Of a DNA stretch of 64,000 nt, positions 44,074 to 53,602 are shown in pieces. The notes beneath the pieces were generated by a model. That model made no database searches, was not told where the DNA came from, and was given only the letters and a program-made list of their open reading frames with translations. Both the position numbers and the translations under genes were made by a program. Within the stretch, counting starts at the first letter, position 1. Each line of letters begins with the position of its first letter. The stretch covers positions 3,878 to 67,877 of the forward strand of contig JAFRFY010000111.1 in NCBI GenBank assembly GCA_017434085.1. The letters are read 5' to 3'. The DNA is from Clostridia bacterium. GTDB lineage: Bacteria > Bacillota > Clostridia > Christensenellales > Aristaeellaceae.

Positions 44074-46062
44074 CTACCAGACGAAGCGCTCGCCTTCGCC
44101 CTCGGCGAACGGCCCGGGCAGGGTGTCCAGCCCGCGATGGGCGCCGAAGTAGTCCCGGTCGAAGGTGATGGGCGTGCCGTCGGGGTTCTCGAAGCGCTGC
44201 TCCGGCTCAAAGGCGCAGCCCAGCGTGTCGCTGGTGACGATGCCGTCCCGGAAATCCCCCAGGAAGTCGTAGACATTGGTTTTGAGCACCGGCCTTCCGT
44301 CCTTTTCGACGATTTCGACCGTCACCTTCGCGTCGCGGTCCGCCAGGCCGTGCGCCTCGTGTCTGCTGACGGTGGCGCCGTTGAAGTAGGCGTTGCCCGA
44401 CACCCACACCGGCAGGTGGCCGAAGTGGAACTGCGCGAGATGCCGCATGTCCGGCTCCCTGCCCATCATGAAGTTGGAGATCCAATCCTCATAGCTCGGG
44501 AAGATGTCGAAGCACGCGGTGCCCGCCACCTCGTAATCGTTGTTCTGCGGCGTCCTGGCGCCGTCGGTGACGGGCCATTTCTGCACGAATATGTTATTGT
44601 AGACGCGGTCGTCGCCGTGCAGTATGGTCATGAAGCCCGCGACCTCGGTGCGGTGCCTTATGTGGTAGGGGGTGTAGCGGGGCTCGCGCTGGCCGTTGAC
44701 CACGCTGTCCACGCCGGAGTTGATCAGGCCGAACGCGCCGCAGATCAGGTTGTGCACAAAGGCGACGCCCTCGCTGGGGATGGCCGCGGACAGCTTCGAC
44801 AGCATCACGTTGTTGTCGATGAGCGTCGGGCCGTGGCCCACCTCGATGAACACGTCGTTGTTGAACATCGCGCCCTCGGCCAGCGGCGTGCCCTCGGGCC
44901 GCTGGTTGTCGTGCAGCAGGTTCTGGCTGATGCGCGCGCCCTGGGCCTCCCAGTCCAGCCACACGCCCATGATGCAGTGGTGGATGTGGTTGCGGCGGAT
45001 GGTGACGTCGATGGCGGCGTGCAGCTTGATGCCCGCCGTCTCCGCGCCGCCGAGCTGCTGGGAGTTGCACACGTGGTGGATGTGGCAGTCCTCGATGGTG
45101 GAGAACACCGCGCCCATGCGGCCCACGATGCCGGTCTGCTCGCAGTGGTGCACGTGGCAGCGGCGGATGATGTGGCCGCCCACCTTCTCCTTGAGCCAGC
45201 CGTGGTACTGGCCGCGGCACACGGCGTCGCGCTCCATCTGGGTGGGGGACTTGACGTGCTTCGTGTAGAAGTACATGTCGTTCTCGGGGTCGCGGTACTT
45301 GCCCAGCGAGATGCCGCAGCACTTGCTGCCCCAGACTGCGCAGTCCTCGATGATCCAGCCCTTCGACCAGTGCGGCCCGATCAGGCCGTCCTGGTACGCC
45401 GCGGGCGGGGCCCAGGTGGTCGCGCCCTTGTTGATGTCGAAGCCGGACACGGTGATGTAGTTGATACCGTTTTCATCGGGCATGAAGCAGTTGCGCCGAA
45501 CCAGTATCTCCACCTTCTGTGCGTTGGGGTCAAGACCCTTGAAGTTGGCGTAGAGCACCGTCTCGTTCCCGTCCTGCTCGGTATACCACTTCCAGGTCGA
45601 CAGTTCGGCGTCGAACGCGCAGGGGTCGGCCTCTGCCTTCTCGCATTCCTCCAGCGTGACGGTCTCGTACATCATGCGGTCGTTGAGGAACACCGCGCCG
45701 GTGTGGCGCACGGTGGGGGCGAAGTACCAGTCGCCGCAGACCATCTCGGTATACGGGTTGTAGCGCCCGAATACGCCGTTGTCCACGCGGTTGACCCACA
45801 CGTCGCCCTTGAAGGGCTTCCAGCCGGTCAGCGGCTCCGCGCCGGTGATCACCGCGCCCAGGGGTTCCTCGGAGCGGTAGACGATGCGCTTATCCTCCGT
45901 GCCGCCGTGGCGGGGGGTCACCTTCTCGCGGTAGACGCCCGGCGCGACGAGGATCTCATCCCCCGCCACGGCCACGCGCGCCGCGTCGTCGATGTGCCTA
46001 AAGGGCATGGCCCTGGAGCCGTTGCCGTCCCGGGATGCGTTGGCGTTGACGTAGAGTATCAT
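44074..46062 (-). CDS. Cytoplasmic right-handed parallel beta-helix repeat protein (polysaccharide lyase/hydrolase-like)
   Basis: 662 aa, GAGGAGG RBS, no signal peptide. N-terminal cap DGNGSRAMPFRHIDDAARVAVAGDEILVAPGVY is typical of beta-helix enzymes. Three consecutive coils carry CHVHHC, CHIHHVC and NHIHHC. Confidence 0.75.
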   Translation of the reverse strand: MILYVNANASRDGNGSRAMPFRHIDDAARVAVAGDEILVAPGVYREKVTPRHGGTEDKRIVYRSEEPLGAVITGAEPLTGWKPFKGDVWVNRVDNGVFGRYNPYTEMVCGDWYFAPTVRHTGAVFLNDRMMYETVTLEECEKAEADPCAFDAELSTWKWYTEQDGNETVLYANFKGLDPNAQKVEILVRRNCFMPDENGINYITVSGFDINKGATTWAPPAAYQDGLIGPHWSKGWIIEDCAVWGSKCCGISLGKYRDPENDMYFYTKHVKSPTQMERDAVCRGQYHGWLKEKVGGHIIRRCHVHHCEQTGIVGRMGAVFSTIEDCHIHHVCNSQQLGGAETAGIKLHAAIDVTIRRNHIHHCIMGVWLDWEAQGARISQNLLHDNQRPEGTPLAEGAMFNNDVFIEVGHGPTLIDNNVMLSKLSAAIPSEGVAFVHNLICGAFGLINSGVDSVVNGQREPRYTPYHIRHRTEVAGFMTILHGDDRVYNNIFVQKWPVTDGARTPQNNDYEVAGTACFDIFPSYEDWISNFMMGREPDMRHLAQFHFGHLPVWVSGNAYFNGATVSRHEAHGLADRDAKVTVEIVEKDGRPVLKTNVYDFLGDFRDGIVTSDTLGCAFEPEQRFENPDGTPITFDRDYFGAHRGLDTLPGPFAEGEGERFVW

Positions 46063-46095
46063 AATCCGTTTCCTCCTCGTTTCAATGATTGCAGA

Positions 46096-46983
46096 TCAGC
46101 CCTTGACCGCGCCGGCCATCATGCCCTTGACCAGCTTGTCCTGGAAGATGATGAAAAGTATGATCATCGGAAGCGCCGAGAGCACCAGCACCGCGAGCAT
46201 CAGCGGCATGTCCATGGCGTGCTCGCCCTTGAACTGGCCCAGCGCCAGCGGCAGCGTCTTCTGGTCGGCCGACAGCAGCAGCGTATTCGCAAAGGCGAAC
46301 TCGTTCCACATCGAGACGCCGTTGTAGATGGCCAGCGTGCTGAGGCCCGATTTGGACAGCGGCAGTATGATGCGGAAGAACATGCTGTACTTGTTGCAGC
46401 CGTCGATGACCGCGGCCTCCTCGACCTCGCGGGGGATGGTCATCATGAAGCCGGTCAGTATGAATACCGCCATCGGCAGCGCGAAGGCCACGTATGGCCC
46501 GATCAGCGCGTACTTGTTGTCATACAGGCCCATCCAGTTGGTCATCTTGAAGATCGGTATCAGCGTCACGTGCATCGGGATCGACATCATGGCGATGATG
46601 CCGGCATAGATCAAGTTGCGCAGCCTGAACTTCATGCGCGAGAGCGGATAGGCCGCGAAGGACGATATGATCAGCATCAGCACCAGCGAGATGGCCACGA
46701 TCAGCACCGAGCGGGCGAAATAGCCGAAGAAGCCGTTTTGTATGATGTTCGGGTAGTTTGCAAAATACCAGGGCTCCGGCAGGTGGAACACGCCCTGCAC
46801 GAACATGTCAAACTGCTTGCGAAAGGAGTTGAAGACCATAAAGGCGAAGGGAACCAGCGCGATCAGCATCCAAAGGCACGCGAAAAACCACGCAAAGCCC
46901 CACGCGACGCGGCTCTTGACCCGCTCGCGCCGGTACTTTCGCTCGTCAAGCTGTTGCTGCGCCAATTTGACATCGTTGGTCAT
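46096..46983 (-). CDS. Carbohydrate ABC transporter permease (MalG-like)
   Basis: 295 aa, 6 TM. EAA-type loop EEAAVIDGCNKYSMFFRIILPL. Confidence 0.9.
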   Translation of the reverse strand: MTNDVKLAQQQLDERKYRRERVKSRVAWGFAWFFACLWMLIALVPFAFMVFNSFRKQFDMFVQGVFHLPEPWYFANYPNIIQNGFFGYFARSVLIVAISLVLMLIISSFAAYPLSRMKFRLRNLIYAGIIAMMSIPMHVTLIPIFKMTNWMGLYDNKYALIGPYVAFALPMAVFILTGFMMTIPREVEEAAVIDGCNKYSMFFRIILPLSKSGLSTLAIYNGVSMWNEFAFANTLLLSADQKTLPLALGQFKGEHAMDMPLMLAVLVLSALPMIILFIIFQDKLVKGMMAGAVKG

Positions 46984-46984
46984 G

Positions 46985-47896
46985 TCAATAATCCTCCTTT
47001 ACGACGAATACCTTCTGGAACAGCAGCGCGATGACGGTGATCAATATGAACATGCCGGCGGCCACGGTGGAGCCGTAGCCCATCTTCCACTGCTGGAAGG
47101 ACAGCTTGTACATATAGGTCGCCATCAATTCGGTGCCGCCGGCGGGACCGCCCTGGGTCATGTTCCAGATCATGTCGAAGTATTTCAGGGAGCCGATCAT
47201 CGACATGGTGCAGGCCGTCTTGAAAATCGGGCCCAGCAGCGGAATGGCGATCTTGAACAGGTACTGTCGGCGGTTCGCGCCGTCGATGATCGCCGCCTCA
47301 TACAGCGAGGTGGAGATATTGGAATAACCGGCGATAAAGTACACCATGTAAAACGGCGTGAACTGCCAGGCCATGACGCCGATGACCGCGAACAGCGCCT
47401 GCGGGCTCTTGCCCAGCAGGTCGACGATCGTCCGCTTGCCGTTGATCATCGTGGCGAGGGAGGTGAACAGGCCGTCGTTGGTGCCGAGGATGTAGTTGAA
47501 CAAAAACGCGATGGCGACCGAGCTCATCAGGTAGGGGAGGAACCATATGATCTTGAAGATGTTTGACCTGCGCCCCACGCTGTCGAGGAACGTCGCCAGC
47601 ATGAGCCCGAGCGGGATCTGCAAAAGTATCGAGAACACCATGACGATCAGGTTATGGACAAAGGAATCCCAGAACTTGTAGTCCTTGAACAGCGTCTTCC
47701 AGTTTTCCAGGCCAATGAACATCTTGTCCGCGGAGATGCCGTTCCACTGGTACTGGCTGGTGACGAAGGTATCGATCACGGGGTAGATCATGTACATGGC
47801 GATCAGTATCAGCGCCGGAGCGAGGAACAGCGTCGCGGCCAGCGCCGTACCCTTCTGCGACGTCTCCGCCAGAATCCTTCTGGATTTGTTTCCCAT
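46985..47896 (-). CDS. Carbohydrate ABC transporter permease (MalF-like)
   Basis: 303 aa. EAA loop YEAAIIDGANRRQYLFKIAIPL. Confidence 0.9.
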   Translation of the reverse strand: MGNKSRRILAETSQKGTALAATLFLAPALILIAMYMIYPVIDTFVTSQYQWNGISADKMFIGLENWKTLFKDYKFWDSFVHNLIVMVFSILLQIPLGLMLATFLDSVGRRSNIFKIIWFLPYLMSSVAIAFLFNYILGTNDGLFTSLATMINGKRTIVDLLGKSPQALFAVIGVMAWQFTPFYMVYFIAGYSNISTSLYEAAIIDGANRRQYLFKIAIPLLGPIFKTACTMSMIGSLKYFDMIWNMTQGGPAGGTELMATYMYKLSFQQWKMGYGSTVAAGMFILITVIALLFQKVFVVKEDY

Positions 47897-48077
47897 ATCG
47901 CATCCGCCTCCTTTTTGTTATCCTCCAATGCGCCCCGGCAACCGCCCGTCCACTGTGCGCTATCCGGTTGACCGTCGGCTGGCGCGGCGCATTCGATCGA
48001 CCTCATGCAAGAATACCCGCAGGGAAATTCCTGCGGGTATTCCGCACGTATGCCTAAGGCATTCCGTGTTCGCCTGA

Positions 48078-49397
48078 TCAGCCTTCGCGGGCGGCAGCCA
48101 TGGCCGCATCCTGCATTTCGCCGATCTCCTGGGGCGTCTTGGTCAGGCCGAACAGCTCGGTCATGCAGTCCTTGTGCACCTCGGTGACGGAGGCGGGCAG
48201 ATACTGGTCATACCACAGCTGCACGTTGGAGGCGTTGAAGAAGGTGCCGATGACGACCTTCATGTTCTCGTCCTCCACCTGGTCGAAGCCCTTGATGGAC
48301 GGGGTGCGGCCATACTCGACCTGCATCGCGTTGTACTCGTCGTCGCTGTAGTACTGGGTGGCCAGCACGTAGCAGGCGTCCAGCTTCTCCTGATCGACGG
48401 AGCCGTCTTCCTTCCAGCAGTTGAAGGAGAAGGCGTTGCCGACCGCGGTGCCGATCTCGACGTCCTGGGGCACGCCCTTGGCCGCGGCTTCGGTGTCCTC
48501 CGGGAAGCGGAAGGTGCCGAAATTGGCTTTGTACCAGTCCATATTATCCGTCATGACGGAACCGACCTGCCAGGAGCCGTGCAGCATCATCGCGCAGGTG
48601 TTGTTGTACATCAGGGCGCGATCCTCGCCGTTGTCGGTGATCATGCTGTTGAAGCCGTCGTTGAAGTAGCCCTTCTTCACCCAATCCTGGATCTTCTCGC
48701 CGGCCCAGATGAAGGCCTCGGAGGTGAAGGAGCCGGTGCCGTCATAGGCGGCGTCGAACTCGGCGTTGCCGGAGTGGCGGGCGACCAGGTACATGTAGTA
48801 CATGGAGCCGGTCCACTTGGAGCCGTTGGCCAGGGAGAAGGGCACATAGCCCGCCTCGAGGAGCTTGTCGCAGGCCGCTTCCAGCTCGTCGATGGTCTTG
48901 GGGACCTCGATGCCGACCTCGGCAAAGATGGACTTGTTGTAGAAGATGTCGCAGCCGGACAGTCCGCCGAAGGGGATCGCCAGGATCTTGCCGTCATAGG
49001 TGGCCTGGGCCACGGCGGCGTCGATGAAGTCCGGATGGTCGTACTTGTTGTACATCTCGGTCAGGTCGTTCACGAAGCCGGACTTGTAGTACTCGGCCAT
49101 CGGGCCGCCCGCCCAGTGGATGTACATGTCGGGGCATTCGCCGGCGCTCATCGCCACGACCAGCTGCTGCTTGTAATTGTCGTTCTGCTGGTGGACCTGT
49201 TTGACGGTGATGTTCGGATAGTCCGCCATGAAGCGCTGCACAGCGCCCTCCTGGATGGACTTGTTGGGCTCTTCGGGAGCGATGTCCCACAGCAGGATCT
49301 CGAGGGGCTCCTTGGTCAGCTCGGGGATCTCCGCCAGCGCGGCCATCGACGACACGATCAGCATCATGGCGAGGGCCAAAACCAGGATCTTCTTCAT
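48078..49397 (-). CDS. Extracellular sugar-binding protein of ABC transporter (family 1 SBP)
   Basis: ATG 49397 (MKKILVLALAMMLIVSSMAALA) follows AGGAGG; the track ORF starts at 49418. It is the first gene of the minus-strand island, downstream of an AT-rich promoter region. Confidence 0.9.
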   Translation of the reverse strand: MKKILVLALAMMLIVSSMAALAEIPELTKEPLEILLWDIAPEEPNKSIQEGAVQRFMADYPNITVKQVHQQNDNYKQQLVVAMSAGECPDMYIHWAGGPMAEYYKSGFVNDLTEMYNKYDHPDFIDAAVAQATYDGKILAIPFGGLSGCDIFYNKSIFAEVGIEVPKTIDELEAACDKLLEAGYVPFSLANGSKWTGSMYYMYLVARHSGNAEFDAAYDGTGSFTSEAFIWAGEKIQDWVKKGYFNDGFNSMITDNGEDRALMYNNTCAMMLHGSWQVGSVMTDNMDWYKANFGTFRFPEDTEAAAKGVPQDVEIGTAVGNAFSFNCWKEDGSVDQEKLDACYVLATQYYSDDEYNAMQVEYGRTPSIKGFDQVEDENMKVVIGTFFNASNVQLWYDQYLPASVTEVHKDCMTELFGLTKTPQEIGEMQDAAMAAAREG

Positions 49398-49647
49398 ACG
49401 GGTAACCTCCTTATACATATTCCAGCCGTTTTGCGGCTAAAATGATTCCCGACACCGGTACTTCGATTTAACAATACTATATCACAGTTCACAGAAACAG
49501 TCCATAGAATTAACAAAACATTCATATGTTATGACAAATGCTGCAAAGAATTAAGCGTTTTGGCATCATAAATGAGTATTGTTTGACGCGCGCATTACCT
49601 GGCTCAAACGGCGGGACCGTTGAAGGCCATGGCCGTTGCCTCAAGGG

Positions 49648-50751
49648 CTAAACCACGACCTGGTTTCGCCCGTGGACCTTGCCCATGTAGAGCTTGCGGT
49701 CGGCCCTGTCCACGATGGCCTCCGTCGGCGACTTGAAGTCGTACTCCTCCACGCCGATGGTGATGGTGATCGAGAAGTCGGTATCCCCGAAATGCAGGGG
49801 CATATCCTTTACGGCGCCGTTCAGGTCCTGCATCACGCGCCCGGCCTGATCTATATTCATCCCCGGCATGAAGAAGCAGAACTCCTCTCCGCCCCAGCGG
49901 CAGACGGTGTATTTGCCCGCGCCGACGGTCAGGAACAGCCGGGACAGCTCCTTTAGCGTATAATCCCCACAGTTGTGGCCGTAGGTATCGTTGACCTTTT
50001 TGAAATAGTCGATGTCCGCTATCGCAATGGCGAAGGAGGCGTCCGGGTTGGCGTTCCGGTACTCATCGATCACATCAAGTATCGCCCTGCGGTTCGGCAG
50101 TCCCGTCAGCGGGTCGGTCCCGGCCTCCTTGTACAGCTCCTGGTTGTTGAGGATGAGCAGCCTTTCGCTCGACTGGATACTGGAGCTGAAAAGTATGAAG
50201 TTCAATGAGAGAATCGCCAGCGAAACGACGCTGTGAAAGGCCTGGAAGCAGAGACTGGTGGTGCTGTCCAGGGCGCTGACGGGCACATGCCTCAGCGAAT
50301 AGGCAAACGAGGCAATGCGAAATACGACCAGCCCCAGGGAGCAGGCGATCTTTCCCATCGGCGACACATAGATATTGAAATAGGCCAGGGAGAGTATCGG
50401 GACGAGTATGATCGCCCCGCCCGTGACCCATCCAAACATATGGATAAACCAGGCCTGCCACAGTACGACCATCGCGCTGAAGCAGATCAGGTTCTCCGTC
50501 GCGCTCATATCGTTGAGGAACGCTATGATGACGACCGTTATGACCAGGAAGGCGACCGGAACCCAGAAAACATTGCCTGCGGTGGGAAACAACACCACGG
50601 CGCTCGCCAGGAAATAGACGGCGAGCATCACCTCGCTCAAAAAGAGCGCCCTGTGATAGTAGCCCGGCATGTCCTTGCCGTGCTTCGGCGTCTCCTGACG
50701 GAGGAAATCATTCAGGTAATTCATATGGCACCCCTTAGATCGGTACTTCAT
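49648..50751 (-). CDS. Membrane-bound diguanylate cyclase (GGDEF)
   Basis: 367 aa with about 6 TM helices, then a GGDEF domain with active-site RWGGEEF and motif DIDYFKKVNDTYGH. Confidence 0.85.
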   Translation of the reverse strand: MKYRSKGCHMNYLNDFLRQETPKHGKDMPGYYHRALFLSEVMLAVYFLASAVVLFPTAGNVFWVPVAFLVITVVIIAFLNDMSATENLICFSAMVVLWQAWFIHMFGWVTGGAIILVPILSLAYFNIYVSPMGKIACSLGLVVFRIASFAYSLRHVPVSALDSTTSLCFQAFHSVVSLAILSLNFILFSSSIQSSERLLILNNQELYKEAGTDPLTGLPNRRAILDVIDEYRNANPDASFAIAIADIDYFKKVNDTYGHNCGDYTLKELSRLFLTVGAGKYTVCRWGGEEFCFFMPGMNIDQAGRVMQDLNGAVKDMPLHFGDTDFSITITIGVEEYDFKSPTEAIVDRADRKLYMGKVHGRNQVVV

Positions 50752-51380
50752 GCCTTGCTCCCCGCAAGCCTGTCAAACATCCAGTTATATACTTTAACCA
50801 TGTTGCCGACCAGTATCGCGGCGATCACACTGCCTTCCCGAACGCCGGACAGCTTTCCCACGAAGACCAGACAGATCAGCGTCGCCGCCGCGATATACAG
50901 CACATCGAAAAACACCTTCACGTTTTCATAGCGTCTCCCCGTGACGATGCTGACGGCCCGGTTCATGGCCTCTCCCGGCATCATCGCAACGCCGGCCCTG
51001 TATTGTATCCAGATGCCGAGGGCGAGAACGCAGCCGCCAATGAGCATCACCGCGAAGCGCGCCGGATACGAAACCGGGTTGACGCCGATGAGGAGCTTGC
51101 AGGAGAAATCCGTCAGGTAGCCGAACAGAAGCGCCACGGCGGTCTGGACGATGATTTCCAGCGGCTTGCAGCGCCTGCGGAGCAGGGCGACCTGGACGGC
51201 GACCTGCGCAAGGCTGAGAAGGTTCAGCCACCAGCCGAAGGACAGCGCGCGGTTCACCAGGGAGATCGAGTACGGCACCGACGCCACCGGCGATGTGCCG
51301 AGGCCGGTTTTCGTGGAAAACGCGACTCCCAGCGAAGCCACGAAGAGGCCCGCCAGGAATAAAGCGTAGCGTTTGATCAT
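50748..51380 (-). CDS. YczE/YitT-like (DUF6198-type) membrane protein
   Basis: 210 aa. String LFLAGLFVASLGVAFSTKTGLGTSPVASVPY. Its stop overlaps the GGDEF gene start (ATGA). Confidence 0.65.
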   Translation of the reverse strand: MIKRYALFLAGLFVASLGVAFSTKTGLGTSPVASVPYSISLVNRALSFGWWLNLLSLAQVAVQVALLRRRCKPLEIIVQTAVALLFGYLTDFSCKLLIGVNPVSYPARFAVMLIGGCVLALGIWIQYRAGVAMMPGEAMNRAVSIVTGRRYENVKVFFDVLYIAAATLICLVFVGKLSGVREGSVIAAILVGNMVKVYNWMFDRLAGSKA

Positions 51381-51409
51381 TTTGCCTTGTCACACCCCTG
51401 AGACAGTAT

Positions 51410-53191
51410 TCACAAAGCAGGCACGGCATTGGCCTTCTTCCATTCCTCCCGGAGCCGTTTCCGCTCCTCGGGCATCTCACACGTGATGGTCTTGCTGCCC
51501 TTGCGCATCTTGTAGATGATCGAGGCGAGGGATTCCGGCTTGTAGTAATAGAATCCCTGCGCAAATTCACAGCCGATTTCGCGGAGGAATTTCAGATGCT
51601 CCTCCGTCTCCATGCCCTCCGCCAGGGTCCGTATGCCGAGCTTTGCGGCCAGCTCGACGAAGGATTTCATGATGTGGCGGTTGGCGCCGTTGTGGTCGTC
51701 CAGATGCCGGAGGAATTCCAGGTCGAACTTTATCACGTCCACGTCGAACTGGCTGAGCGCATTGAGCGAAGAATAGCCGCTTCCGAAATCGTCCAGCCAC
51801 AGGCGGTAGCCGTTGGCGCGCAAATCGAGGAGCTGCTGCTTGAAATGGTCGGTCGCCGTTGCGACATCCTGCTCCGTTATCTCAACGATGATGCTGTCCT
51901 TTCCCACGCCGTATTTCTCAAACAGCTTGTTGAGCGCCCCGACCACGTCGGCATGGTCGAAATCCTGGGCCGAGAAGTTGACGGAAATCGGTATGATCGG
52001 CAGGCCGACCTCGGCGCGCTTCGGTATCTCCTTGAGGAACTGCTCCACCATGTAGAGATCCAGTTTATATAATAGATGATACTTTTCCAGCACGGGGATG
52101 AATTCCCCGGGGCTGATGATCCCCCGGATGGGATCGACCCAGCGCGCCAGCGCCTCCAGCGCGGCGGCCTTCCCCGTCTTCGTCCTCATGATGGCCTGGT
52201 AGTAGATCTTGATCCATTCCTGCTCCAGGGCGGTGTCAAACGTCTCCAGCACATACTGCTGTTCCCAGTACTTTTCATCCGTTTTACGGGTATAGATGGC
52301 GTAAACCCTGTTCAGATCGGTGCCGATCTGCTTGTGCGCGTGGCTGGCGTGTTCCAGCGCCGTAACGGTGTCCATATCCTCGTTGCACAGGCAGATGCCG
52401 ACCTGGATGCCCATCGTGTTGCCAAACGCCCCGGCCTTTATCTTGCCGTTTGCCGATTCCACCCTGGCGGTGAGGGAATCCACATCGGTATAATCCGTGA
52501 TAACGACGAAGTGATCCTGCGAGCCGCGGGAGACGATCGCGCCGGGGAATTCCCCCTTCAACACGTCCGCGACCAATCGAAGCAGCGCGTCGCCCTGCTC
52601 GTAGCCATACTGGCCGTTATAGGCGCGAAAGCCCCGCACGTCAAAATACAGCACGGCGGCTTCCCGGCCGTTCTTATATATGCGTTCGACCCTGTCGTCC
52701 GCAAACTCATGGACATAATTGGTGTTTGGCAGGCCGGTGAGGGAGTCCATATAGAAATGATCCTTCCGGAGTATTTCATAGCTTTCCAGAAGCATCTTGC
52801 TTTCGCTCTGGCTCTCGGAGATATCGGCATAGACGAAAACGGCGAGGTCGCTGCCGTCCGGCGTCGGCTGGAACCGGCCGATGGAATGGATGTAATGGTA
52901 GTCGTCATCCGGATTGTATTTCCCGCGATAGATGACGTCATATCCGCAAAGGCGCGCGGCAAACTCCCTGACGGTGCGCATGAGCCGGTCCACATCGTCG
53001 GGATGGACCCGGTCAAACAGGCTGCCGTTCAGAAGCGCGGTGAGCTTCTCCCGATCGGCGTCCATCATTTGGCAGAGGCCGTCGGAAACGAGCGCCACCT
53101 CAATATGGCCTTTATCGTCGCGCGTGTAGTAGGCCAGCGGGACCGGCATGGCCTCCAGCGCTTTTCTGACCTCGGGTGAGAAAGAATACAT
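51410..53191 (-). CDS. PAS - degenerate GGDEF - EAL c-di-GMP phosphodiesterase
   Basis: 593 aa. The GGDEF position reads SQDHF, so the cyclase is probably inactive. EAL domain motifs: EALARW, DDFGSGYSSL and LAEGMETEE. Confidence 0.85.
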   Translation of the reverse strand: MYSFSPEVRKALEAMPVPLAYYTRDDKGHIEVALVSDGLCQMMDADREKLTALLNGSLFDRVHPDDVDRLMRTVREFAARLCGYDVIYRGKYNPDDDYHYIHSIGRFQPTPDGSDLAVFVYADISESQSESKMLLESYEILRKDHFYMDSLTGLPNTNYVHEFADDRVERIYKNGREAAVLYFDVRGFRAYNGQYGYEQGDALLRLVADVLKGEFPGAIVSRGSQDHFVVITDYTDVDSLTARVESANGKIKAGAFGNTMGIQVGICLCNEDMDTVTALEHASHAHKQIGTDLNRVYAIYTRKTDEKYWEQQYVLETFDTALEQEWIKIYYQAIMRTKTGKAAALEALARWVDPIRGIISPGEFIPVLEKYHLLYKLDLYMVEQFLKEIPKRAEVGLPIIPISVNFSAQDFDHADVVGALNKLFEKYGVGKDSIIVEITEQDVATATDHFKQQLLDLRANGYRLWLDDFGSGYSSLNALSQFDVDVIKFDLEFLRHLDDHNGANRHIMKSFVELAAKLGIRTLAEGMETEEHLKFLREIGCEFAQGFYYYKPESLASIIYKMRKGSKTITCEMPEERKRLREEWKKANAVPAL

Positions 53192-53329
53192 CTGTGATGC
53201 CCTCCTGTGCAGTATACGTCCTTTTGCCTTTCCGGTAAGGGAAGGCTCCCGGGATGCGGGGATTTATGATCTCTCGACGCGCGGACGGCGGCCCGGCGGC
53301 CGCGTCGTCCGGATGCCGCGAGTCAAGCC

Positions 53330-53602
53330 TCAATCGTCAATCAGCACGACATTGCTGTAATGCGTCAGGTAGGTCTTCCCGTCCATCGTGATCAGCACGA
53401 CGTCCGAATCGTTGTAATCGAGCCAGGAGGATACCCTCCCCTCGACCGCCTCGCCGTTCGGGAGGGAAATGATCGCGCGGTCGAAACGGTTCTTCGTATC
53501 GATCAGGCGGCGATTGCCGTGCGTGGTCTCCCAGTAGATGACCAGGGCGGCGATGGCGGTGACGAGTATGATCACGCCGGCGATGATGAGCTTCTTTTTC
53601 AT
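53330..53602 (-). CDS. Small membrane-anchored protein, unknown function
   Basis: 90 aa, GGAGG RBS, N-terminal TM helix KKLIIAGVIILVTAIAALVIYW. Confidence 0.55.
   Translation of the reverse strand: MKKKLIIAGVIILVTAIAALVIYWETTHGNRRLIDTKNRFDRAIISLPNGEAVEGRVSSWLDYNDSDVVLITMDGKTYLTHYSNVVLIDD

Noticed and set aside
44002-47034. 1010-aa plus-strand ORF spanning the beta-helix gene and an ABC permease gene
   Set aside because: It crosses two well-supported minus-strand genes and their intergenic RBS. Its composition is dominated by A/G/V/R/H/D, and it has no domain signatures. It is a shadow ORF.
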